39,272 bases of DNA, taken from assembly GCA_041497455.1 (NCBI GenBank), contig JBGQGO010000001.1:1-39272 (forward strand). The letters are read 5' to 3'. The stretch is from Blastocatellia bacterium (GTDB lineage Bacteria; Acidobacteriota; Blastocatellia; UBA7656). Numbering within the stretch: the stretch's first letter is position 1; the number at the start of each line of letters is the position of its first letter. The position numbers and the translations under genes were made by a program. This document shows positions 17,005 to 25,267 of this stretch, in pieces. The notes beneath the pieces were generated by a model, which saw only the letters and a program-made list of their open reading frames with translations, was not told where the DNA came from and did no database searches.

Positions 17005-17421
17005 ATGACGGACGATTCGAATCAGGGAAACGAATTTCTCGGATCTGGAATAGCTTTTCCCATAAGTCTCGACTCCGGCGGACGAGTCGTGATGAACAGC
17101 CTGGACGAGCACGTGCGCCAGTCGATCTTACTGATACTGCGCACTGCGAAAGGTGAAAGGGTCATGCGGCCGGATTTCGGAGCGGGGCTTCAAGAGGTAG
17201 TCTTCTCGCCGATCGACGCCTCGACCGCCGCATTGGTCCAGCACGAGGTCAAAGATGCGCTCGTGAAGTTCGAGCCGCGGATCGATGTGCTCAATGTCGA
17301 TGTGAGCGCCGATAGACAGCAAGAGGGCGTCCTGCTCATCAACGTCGAGTATCGAGTAAGACGGACCGACACGACGTTCAATCTGGTTTATCCCTTCTAC
17401 ATCGAACGGGGAGAGGTCTGA
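17005..17421 (+). CDS. Baseplate wedge protein, GPW/gp25 family (Afp9-like)
   Basis: GSGIAFPISLDSGGRVVMNSLDEHVRQSILLILRTAKGERVMRPDFGAGLQEVVFSP. The stop overlaps the next ATG (TGATG at 17419-17423). Confidence 0.9.
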   Translation: MTDDSNQGNEFLGSGIAFPISLDSGGRVVMNSLDEHVRQSILLILRTAKGERVMRPDFGAGLQEVVFSPIDASTAALVQHEVKDALVKFEPRIDVLNVDVSADRQQEGVLLINVEYRVRRTDTTFNLVYPFYIERGEV

Positions 17422-20400
17422 TGGCGCTGAAGCCTCCCATACTGGACGACAGAACGCTGGCCCGCGTGGTGCGGCAACTGCTCGCCGAAGCGAAGATAGC
17501 GTTCGCGAACTCGAGCCCGCCGCTCCCGCGGTTGTGGAAGTACGCCGAACAGTTCACTGAGCAGCAGATCAGAGAATTCCTGGCGAAGCCGTTCGATGAC
17601 GCCGGCTTGATGCTTTCGGTTGTCTATGCGCGGTTGATGGAGTTGAGCATCGAGCGGTTGAACCGGGTCCCCGAGAAAAACTTTCTTGCGTTCCTGGACA
17701 CGATGGGCGTTAGCCCGATGCCGCCTTCGCCGGCCAGAGTCCCGCTGATCTTCGCGCTGTCGCCCGGCGCCGGCCCTACATTGGTCCCGCGTGGAACTCA
17801 GGCGGCCGCGCAGCCGGGCAACGTGGTCTTCGAGAACGAAGACGACGTGACCGTGATCCCAGCTCGCATAGCGACGGCGTTCACGATGGACCCCACCTTC
17901 GACAGATTCACGGATCAAAGCGAAGAGATCGGAGGAGCAAGCGAGTTTGGCTTCACGCCGTTCGTCGGGTCGAAGCGAGCGCCTCACGTGCTGAATCTGG
18001 GCGAAGACGCGCTGCTCGACTTCAAGAGTGCGGTTGTTGACCTCTATCTAAACCCTTTTCCGTTTGGCTCCGGGTCTTCGCCAAGCTGGGCTGCCGTGCT
18101 AGCGACCCTACGGCCGATTCTCAGCCGGCTCGCATGGCAACAGATCCGGGGCAACCTGGCCGTACCTTTGGCGAGGTTGGGCACTCACTCGATCGCGGAT
18201 CCCTTGCCGTTCCCCCGAAAGACCAGTGGTCCCCTATTAGCAGGCGCAGCCAGCATGACATTGGACGAGGTAACCGGGATTGCAGCAAACGACGCAATAC
18301 AGATGGGTACGGGCATCACGTCCGAATTGGTTCGTGTTACAAGCGTCGATGCGGTGAGCAATACCGTCCATTTCGCTCCGGCGCTTGGGTCGGATCATGG
18401 AGACGATTTCAGGCTCCTTCCGCCCACGGTCATAACTACCAGGCTGGCCGCCTCCACGTCGCCCCCGAGCGTCACTCAGATATTCGTTGAGAGCGTTTCA
18501 GGGATAATGCCCGATGACTGGATTGCAATCGTCAAGGCTGACAATAACAGCGAGACGGTTGAAGTAAGCAGGATCATCAGCGTGACGGGCACAAGGCGGC
18601 TAAACCTCGATTCGTCACTTCCCCTCATTCGTCCGTTTCCGCTCGGTGCGTCTGTATCGATACTTCGGCCTCCGGCATTGCGGTTTGTGAATCCAGGCGG
18701 CGCAGACCGAACAACCATCCGCGGCGTGAGCGAGAGCACAGAAATACAACAAGGAATCGAGAGCCGCTGGCTTCAAGCACTCACGACTTCGTTCTTGCTT
18801 GACGATTCTGGCGCGCGAGCGCTGAGCATCAACAACGTCAAGCTGCGAGTGACGGCAGCCGGGTTGCAGCCTGATCTGGCGTTCGGCAACACGGCGCCCT
18901 TGGATGTCACGAAAGACTTTCTGCCGTTCGGCGATACGCCCAAGGTGGGAGACACGTTTTACATCGCCAATCGCGAGGCGTTGTCAAAACCGGGCGTAAG
19001 CGTGTGGATGCAAGTCGATTTGAAACCGCCGCCGCCGCCGCCGCTGATCTGGGAGTACTGGAACGGTCACATCTGGGCGAAGCTTGGCGGCGTGACAACG
19101 GTGATTGAATGCGATGCGCCAACTCTGGTGACCGCGAGCTTCCCAGGCGATGGAACGAATGGTTTCACCAAGTCCGGTAAGATCTCACTCGCGCGCCCGT
19201 CCGATATGGCCCTGACTACCGTGAACGGTGAGGAGGGCGTTTGGTTTCGGGTCAAGATAGCTAGTGGTGCTTATTCGAGCGCTCCAAAAGTAGCGAAGTT
19301 CGATTTGGAGACATCAAGGACGGTGATGGCGGCGGCCTACAACCCGCCCGGGGGCACTGACAACGATCGTTTTAATTTTCTATTCTCAATACCTGTGTTT
19401 CAGATCATTGGTTCGCTCGGGGAAGTGCAGAGATACACGCTTGTGGATGCCGGCGCTGTGCTGAGAATCGGCTCGCTTGATCCCGTGAAAGACGATGCGC
19501 TGGAGTACGCGCTCATTGTCGGTGCGTTCCTCCCGATTGAACTCCCGCTCCCACGCGCCGGGGATCCGCTAACCAGCTCGGTTCGGGCAACTTCCGTGAT
19601 CGGCCGAGGCTCACAGGACAATGTCCTTTTGGAACCAATACCTACGTTAATCCAGGCGCATAGATCAGGCGGACCGGTTGAGCATCAGGGACTGTCGCCA
19701 GTGATCGGTGCGATTGTGAGGGTTGCCACGCAGGCAGGAATCGTAGCTAGCCTTCTCCCCCAGCCAATCTGTGTTAGCGTCACCAGAGAGATCAAGCCCG
19801 GCGATGTGTTGATGATTGATGATCCGGCGCCGCGTGAATTCGTCGTCGTCTCCGAGGCGACCTTTGGCTGTCCGGTTAGCAGCGATACAGCCCCTCGAGT
19901 GGTAATCGGAGGTCAGCCCCCTCCTACCGTTCCCGCAATAGATTTCGGGCTAATACACTTTCTCAGGTTTCCGTTTGAGCAGAGTCTGGTGCCTAAGAGC
20001 GCATTGAGGTTCCCTCACAACGCCGGCACTCCAGTGCGACTGGTTACCGATTATTTTGTCGGATATGCGGATGATAAGCGCGTCGTTTTCAATAATGTCA
20101 GTGCGGCAAACTCCTTCTTCCCTTTTGGTGAACAAGCGGGGGCCGAAGACGCATTCTATTTCGGAACGTCAACCGTTTTTCCAGGTTATATCAATATCGC
20201 AGTAGAGGTGGTTCCGACAGTTCCCAACGTCGAAGTCAACTGGGACTTTCTCGGACAAAACGGCTGGCAGTCCTTCGACAAAGTCATCGATCGCACCATC
20301 AATCTCACGCGCCCGGGGCTTGTTTCCTTCTCGCCTCAAACCTACGACGAGGGCGAGGTCAATGGCCAAAGCAACTACTGGACTAGGGCTCGCATAAAAT

Positions 20401-23159
20401 GCGGCGATTACGGGAGGCCGGTTGCCTTCGTGATGGCCGACCCGGCAGACCCGAAACAGGGGTTCAAGGTAAGATCCGGCACCGGCAACCTCAACCCGCC
20501 ACTCATCACCAGGCTCACGTTGAACTACGAAGCCAGAGGCGAACCGATTGTCGTGACACGGAATGGCTTTCTGTTCACAGATCGCACGAAGGCAAATAAG
20601 TCCGGCGCAAACTTTCCAACTTTTCAAGCGATCACCGAACTCTCGCCCGACATCTACGCCGATCCGGAGCCCGCCTTCTACCTCGGCTTCGATAATGCTT
20701 TTCCTGAAGAGCCGGTCTCACTGTATGTCAGCGAAAAGCCGGCAGCGGCGTCCGGTAACGTCGCCGGCAACGGCGGCGCGCAACCCTCGGCCGCACAGCC
20801 GCCGGGGCGCGATCTCGTCTGGGAGTACTTCGACGGAACCAACTGGAAACGTCTCGTGGTCATTGACGGCACAAACAACCTCACCGAGTCCGGACCGGTC
20901 GAGTTTCTTACGCCGCCTGATATTCAGCCTCTAGCGAAATTCGATCTGACGCCGCGGTTCTGGTTGCGCGCGCGGTCTTCGGACAATGATCCCTTCGACA
21001 CTCAGCACCTGCTCGGCGTCTTCGCCAATGCGACGCGAGCAATTCAAACTGTGACCTCAACGGAAGACCCTCTAGGTTCCGGCAACGGCGAACCGAGCCA
21101 GCAACTGCGATTTGGCAAGACGCCGGTTCAGGCGGGAAGGCAAGTCTTCGTACGTGAGAACGAGACACCTTCCGGGCGTGAGCTGGCGGAGCTGATCGAA
21201 GCAGAGGGCGAGGACGCGTTGCAACAACGAACCAACGCGGCGACGCAAGAGCCTGAGACATGGGTCCGCTGGCACGAGGTACCGAACTTCCTGGCATCAG
21301 GCCCGGCCAGCAGGCACTACGCGGCAGACGGCGTCACCGGCGCGATCACATTCGGGGACGGCAAGCACGGGCAGACGTTGCCGCGCGGCACGAACAACGT
21401 TACCGCAACATATAGGGCGGGCGGAGGGGCGAATGGCAACGTCGCGCGAGCTGCCATCGCAAAGCTGAAATCAGGAGTTGTTGGCGTCACCGGTGTGACC
21501 AATCCCATCGCCGCTGATGGCGGCGCTGAGGCCGAGACCCTCGAGATGGTGAAAGACCGCGGCCCACAATCCCTGAGGCATCGCGATCGAGCGATGTCCC
21601 GTTCCGACTTCGAGTGGCTGGCGCGCGAGGCGGCGGGCACTCGCGTCGCGCGAGTAAAATGCCTGCCGAATCGAAATCGCCAACTGCAATTCGAGCGTGG
21701 CTGGGTCTCGTTGATTATCGTGCCCGACGACCCGAGCCCAAAACCGTCGCCGTCGGCGGAGTTGATCGCCGAAGTCGAGAATTATTTGGAGAAGCGGGCG
21801 TTCGCCGGCCTGACGGGTTCTTCGACCCGAATCAACGTCACAGGTCCCGGTTACTTAAGGGTGACGGTACACGCCGAGGTTGTGCCCGCTGACATCAGTC
21901 AGGCGGACCCGGTCAAGAAGAGAGTGATCGCGGCGCTCGACCGCTTCTTGCATCCTCTGAAGGGGGGACCCGAAGGGAGGGGGTGGGAATTCGGCCGCGA
22001 CGTACACCAATCGGAGGTCTGCCAGTTGATCGAAGGCGTGCCCGGAGTGAGTCACGCAAGAAACGTTGAACTGGAAGCGAACACCGCACAGCACAACTTC
22101 ATGTTCTCGACAGCCGTAGGCGCCATCCCCGAAGGCGCGGAAGTGATCCTCGGTACGCCAGCGCCGGAGCCGACGCCCCGCAAGAAGGTGGTGGTCGCCG
22201 AACCCACCAGAGTTGAAGGTCCCCTCACTCTGCTGCCCGTCACCGAGTTCAAAGAGGGGGACCGAATCACTGCGATACTCGACGGCAAAGTCGCGGGGCT
22301 GCCGTCGAGTGGGCCTTTCTCCACCTTCTCAATCAGCGCGTTGGATGGCTCAACCATTCCGAACCAATTCTTCCGTTTTCCGGCGGGGACTCTGATTGTC
22401 AACAGAAGAACCGGTAAGCACTGGCGGCTCGCTGACAGGGATCACCTCACTAGCAGTTTCGTGCGAAGTGCGACAAGCATCATCTCGATCGACAAGTCCA
22501 TAGACAACAGTGACGTCGCCGTAGGTGATATCCTCACTCTCCTTAACCCATTCCCGATGATTGTGACGTCAGTCGACGCCCGGTTAGTCACCATACCAGC
22601 TTTCGCCATCGGGCCTCCTGCCCTGAATGTCAATGTCATCCCGGTCATGCCGTTCAGCAGCGGTCCGCTTGGAATTCCGAAGGGGGCCCTGATCACTCTT
22701 GCCGTGTTAATCGTAGGCGGCAAGACGTTCCCTATCGGCGCGTTGAAGGCCGCCATTCGACCGAATCAGGAGAACATAACTCTCATCGAATTCGAGGCCA
22801 CTCAAGCAGGTGAAGTGTCTCCAGGGCTGCCGGGTGGGATATTGTTCGCCGTACAGACCGTCGGAGTCGAGCCTTATGAGACGGATGTCGCGATTGAGAG
22901 GGGCGATATTCTCGGAACGCTTGACGGCCGGGTTCGCCTGCCGTCGATGCTAAGCGTTGCCGAAAGTGCGCGGGTGACTGCGTTAGTGCTCGAGGCCGCG
23001 CTACCCGGTGAAACGGCCAGGATCACACTTCCCGGTTCCCAGAGCGCCGCGGTGGCCGAGCCCATTGTCGCAATCGAACCGTTGAACACGACAGTCTTCG
23101 TGGACCGCAACTCTTTGGTTTATTCGGGCGCGCACCGGATCAACATAGTCGCGAGGTGA
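17421..23159 (+). CDS. Giant baseplate-J/gp6-like baseplate assembly protein (Afp11 / TIGR02243-like), 1912 aa
   Basis: Two WEY..G..W..L motifs (PLIWEYWNGHIWAKLG and DLVWEYFDGTNWKRLVVIDGTNNLTESGPVEF). Baseplate_J-like core YRAGGGANGNVARAAIAKLKSGVVGVTGVTNPIAADGGAEAETLEMVKDRGPQSLRHRDRAMSRSDFEWLAREA...WVSLIIVPDD. The terminal LVYSGAHRINIV fits the family ending. Confidence 0.85.
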   Translation: MALKPPILDDRTLARVVRQLLAEAKIAFANSSPPLPRLWKYAEQFTEQQIREFLAKPFDDAGLMLSVVYARLMELSIERLNRVPEKNFLAFLDTMGVSPMPPSPARVPLIFALSPGAGPTLVPRGTQAAAQPGNVVFENEDDVTVIPARIATAFTMDPTFDRFTDQSEEIGGASEFGFTPFVGSKRAPHVLNLGEDALLDFKSAVVDLYLNPFPFGSGSSPSWAAVLATLRPILSRLAWQQIRGNLAVPLARLGTHSIADPLPFPRKTSGPLLAGAASMTLDEVTGIAANDAIQMGTGITSELVRVTSVDAVSNTVHFAPALGSDHGDDFRLLPPTVITTRLAASTSPPSVTQIFVESVSGIMPDDWIAIVKADNNSETVEVSRIISVTGTRRLNLDSSLPLIRPFPLGASVSILRPPALRFVNPGGADRTTIRGVSESTEIQQGIESRWLQALTTSFLLDDSGARALSINNVKLRVTAAGLQPDLAFGNTAPLDVTKDFLPFGDTPKVGDTFYIANREALSKPGVSVWMQVDLKPPPPPPLIWEYWNGHIWAKLGGVTTVIECDAPTLVTASFPGDGTNGFTKSGKISLARPSDMALTTVNGEEGVWFRVKIASGAYSSAPKVAKFDLETSRTVMAAAYNPPGGTDNDRFNFLFSIPVFQIIGSLGEVQRYTLVDAGAVLRIGSLDPVKDDALEYALIVGAFLPIELPLPRAGDPLTSSVRATSVIGRGSQDNVLLEPIPTLIQAHRSGGPVEHQGLSPVIGAIVRVATQAGIVASLLPQPICVSVTREIKPGDVLMIDDPAPREFVVVSEATFGCPVSSDTAPRVVIGGQPPPTVPAIDFGLIHFLRFPFEQSLVPKSALRFPHNAGTPVRLVTDYFVGYADDKRVVFNNVSAANSFFPFGEQAGAEDAFYFGTSTVFPGYINIAVEVVPTVPNVEVNWDFLGQNGWQSFDKVIDRTINLTRPGLVSFSPQTYDEGEVNGQSNYWTRARIKCGDYGRPVAFVMADPADPKQGFKVRSGTGNLNPPLITRLTLNYEARGEPIVVTRNGFLFTDRTKANKSGANFPTFQAITELSPDIYADPEPAFYLGFDNAFPEEPVSLYVSEKPAAASGNVAGNGGAQPSAAQPPGRDLVWEYFDGTNWKRLVVIDGTNNLTESGPVEFLTPPDIQPLAKFDLTPRFWLRARSSDNDPFDTQHLLGVFANATRAIQTVTSTEDPLGSGNGEPSQQLRFGKTPVQAGRQVFVRENETPSGRELAELIEAEGEDALQQRTNAATQEPETWVRWHEVPNFLASGPASRHYAADGVTGAITFGDGKHGQTLPRGTNNVTATYRAGGGANGNVARAAIAKLKSGVVGVTGVTNPIAADGGAEAETLEMVKDRGPQSLRHRDRAMSRSDFEWLAREAAGTRVARVKCLPNRNRQLQFERGWVSLIIVPDDPSPKPSPSAELIAEVENYLEKRAFAGLTGSSTRINVTGPGYLRVTVHAEVVPADISQADPVKKRVIAALDRFLHPLKGGPEGRGWEFGRDVHQSEVCQLIEGVPGVSHARNVELEANTAQHNFMFSTAVGAIPEGAEVILGTPAPEPTPRKKVVVAEPTRVEGPLTLLPVTEFKEGDRITAILDGKVAGLPSSGPFSTFSISALDGSTIPNQFFRFPAGTLIVNRRTGKHWRLADRDHLTSSFVRSATSIISIDKSIDNSDVAVGDILTLLNPFPMIVTSVDARLVTIPAFAIGPPALNVNVIPVMPFSSGPLGIPKGALITLAVLIVGGKTFPIGALKAAIRPNQENITLIEFEATQAGEVSPGLPGGILFAVQTVGVEPYETDVAIERGDILGTLDGRVRLPSMLSVAESARVTALVLEAALPGETARITLPGSQSAAVAEPIVAIEPLNTTVFVDRNSLVYSGAHRINIVAR

Positions 23160-23208
23160 TTGGCCAAATGATTCTCGGAAATGCTGGGCTCTTTTCTGAG
23201 CCCGAGGA

Positions 23209-24540
23209 TTGAACGCGATGAGCTTACCCGTTCCCAATCTCGATGACCGCTCTTTTGATCAACTGGTTAGCGAAGTCCGCTCGCTGATTCCAAGGAACCT
23301 TCCGGCCTGGACCGATCACAACGCGTCGGACCCCGGCATCACTTTCCTGGAGTTGTTTGCTTTCCTGTTCGAAGCGGCCAACTACCAGCTCAACCGCATT
23401 CCGGAACGGACGCTCGCAAATTTCGCGGCCTTGGTTGGAGTCACGCGCTCGGTCAGCGAGCCCATCGAAGTAACTCTGCGCAACGCCCTGGATGCAATAC
23501 AGAATGAGTATCGCGCCATCACGCTCGAAGATTTCGAAAGGCTCGTCAGAGCGTCAGGTCTCTATTGGACGCCCCTTCCTGCCCGCCAGGATCATTCCTC
23601 AGGTGACAGCGCCGTGGTGATGCAGTTGTCCGAAGAAGAGATTCCTCTCGCCTCGGGACAAAGCGGCAGGATCGCAGGCGATGCGTTGAATATACCCAAC
23701 GGCAATGACATCCAGCAGGGTGAATTGATTCTGGTGGAAGACACCGCGGCAGGGGTCTCCGAGGTAGCAAAGGTACAAAGGGTTGACCTGATATCTGGCG
23801 GTTTGCGGTTGACTCTCAGTTCTGCGCTGCGCCTCAGCTATAACTCCAGCGCCTCGGTGGTGAGACGTTTGTTGCAACCTCAACCAGGCACGGAAACGAC
23901 GCTCATCTTTGCCTCCCAGACCAGTAGCGTGCTGAGACTCACGCCGGTCGTCGAATTTCCCACATCGGGCGTCCTGCGTTTGAGCAGCGCCACGCCCCCC
24001 GGCGATTTCGTTGTCATTCACGGGATTCGGCGAGTGAAGGCGGTAACGGATGTGACCAGCGCGCCGGGCCTTCCGAACCTGATCAGGATCGTGATCGCGG
24101 TCGATTCATCTCCCTTCAACCTGGACGATCAACTGAGGGACTCGATCATCGCGTTGCTCGATCCGCGCCGACTGATCACAACCCGGGTGTCGGTGAAGGC
24201 TCCGCCATCGACTCTGGTGTCCGTAGGCGCGGACGTCGTACGGGACGCGCGAAGCTTGCTTAGCCCGAACGAAGTTAAATCAGGCGTGAGCGACGCCATC
24301 GGGCGTTTCCTGGATCCGCTCGTGGGCGGGGCAGACGGACAAGGCTGGGAGTTCGGCCGGCCCGTCTTTCGATCGGAGCTGTTTGAGCTGCTCGAACAGG
24401 CGCCGGGTGTCGACTACGTTCGCAAGCTTCAGTTGGGTGGGGCGAGCTTGCCCGTCGACGGTGGAACTTTGGATGAAGTTCAGTTGGTCGACTCGACCTC
24501 GCTGGTCGGTTTGAACCAGCTGACCGTCACAGTTATCTGA
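23209..24540 (+). CDS. Second baseplate-J-like wedge protein (Afp12-like); likely start ATG 23218
   Basis: MSLPVPNLDDRSFDQLVSEVRSLIPRNLPAWTDHNASDPGITFLELFAFLFEAANYQLNRIPERTLANFAALVGVTR is a typical baseplate J N-terminus. The C-terminal GGADGQGWEFGRPVFRSELFELLEQAPGVDYV parallels GGPEGRGWEFGRDVHQSEVCQLIEGVPGVSH in the 1912-aa protein. Confidence 0.8.
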   Translation: MNAMSLPVPNLDDRSFDQLVSEVRSLIPRNLPAWTDHNASDPGITFLELFAFLFEAANYQLNRIPERTLANFAALVGVTRSVSEPIEVTLRNALDAIQNEYRAITLEDFERLVRASGLYWTPLPARQDHSSGDSAVVMQLSEEEIPLASGQSGRIAGDALNIPNGNDIQQGELILVEDTAAGVSEVAKVQRVDLISGGLRLTLSSALRLSYNSSASVVRRLLQPQPGTETTLIFASQTSSVLRLTPVVEFPTSGVLRLSSATPPGDFVVIHGIRRVKAVTDVTSAPGLPNLIRIVIAVDSSPFNLDDQLRDSIIALLDPRRLITTRVSVKAPPSTLVSVGADVVRDARSLLSPNEVKSGVSDAIGRFLDPLVGGADGQGWEFGRPVFRSELFELLEQAPGVDYVRKLQLGGASLPVDGGTLDEVQLVDSTSLVGLNQLTVTVI

Positions 24541-24568
24541 TAGGACAAACGGGTTCGGAAAGTAAGCA

Positions 24569-25267
24569 ATGTCCGACGAAAGACGAGTCGAGTTTCGCGA
24601 TTACTTGCCGGCAGCATTTGTGCCGGACGGCGATCACTCGCCCGCGCGGCTCTTTCTACTCGCTTTCGAGATGTTGTTTGAAGAGCTGCAATTGGAGATC
24701 GAGGGCCTGGACGGCTCAGCGCAGAGCGGCGGGATTCCAGATCTTTTTAATCCGCAAGCCACGCCGCCTGCAGAGTTCGACCATCTGGGTGCACCAGACC
24801 TCGACTATCTAAGTTACTTGGCGAGTTGGATCGGTCTCCCGCTGCGAACCGACAAGTCGATTCAATGGAACCGGGTATTCTTTCAGCGGGCGATCCAGCT
24901 ATATCCGCAGCGAGGCACGCTACCCGGGATTAGGGGAATGCTCGAAGCATGGCTTGCCGGGGAGGTGACGCGGGTGGTGATCGACGATTTTGCCGCCGCC
25001 GGATCCACTTCACCGGCGCCGTTTCCGTTCTTCTTCACTGTTACTTTGACGCTCAACTCGGGCGCGGCCGGCATCGCGGTAATGGAAGCTGCGAGCTTAC
25101 TGCTCGATCGCGAGAAACCCGCGCATACAAGCTACGGGCTGCGTATATCAGGCGGATCGATGCAGCTCGCTCCATCTCCTCCCACTTCGCCGGTTGGTTT
25201 CGCCCAGATCGGCGTTACCACGCGGCTTAATGGAGCTTTGATTTTCGAGATTTTGACGGATGAATGA
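24569..25267 (+). CDS. Phage-tail region protein (TIGR02242 / P2 gpI-like baseplate component)
   Basis: YLPAAF...LLAFEMLFEELQLEIEGL...LFNPQATPPAEF...LSYLASWIGLPLRTDKSIQWNRVFFQRAIQLYPQRGTLPGIRGMLEAWL matches my memory of this family. Its position after the baseplate J genes also fits. Confidence 0.65.
   Translation: MSDERRVEFRDYLPAAFVPDGDHSPARLFLLAFEMLFEELQLEIEGLDGSAQSGGIPDLFNPQATPPAEFDHLGAPDLDYLSYLASWIGLPLRTDKSIQWNRVFFQRAIQLYPQRGTLPGIRGMLEAWLAGEVTRVVIDDFAAAGSTSPAPFPFFFTVTLTLNSGAAGIAVMEAASLLLDREKPAHTSYGLRISGGSMQLAPSPPTSPVGFAQIGVTTRLNGALIFEILTDE

Noticed and set aside
15923..17987. Minus-strand ORFs of 190 aa (15923..16495) and 196 aa (17397..17987) inside the eCIS operon
   Set aside because: They are antisense to the spike and baseplate genes, whose motifs are unambiguous. 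Their R-rich shadow-frame composition gives no support for coding.
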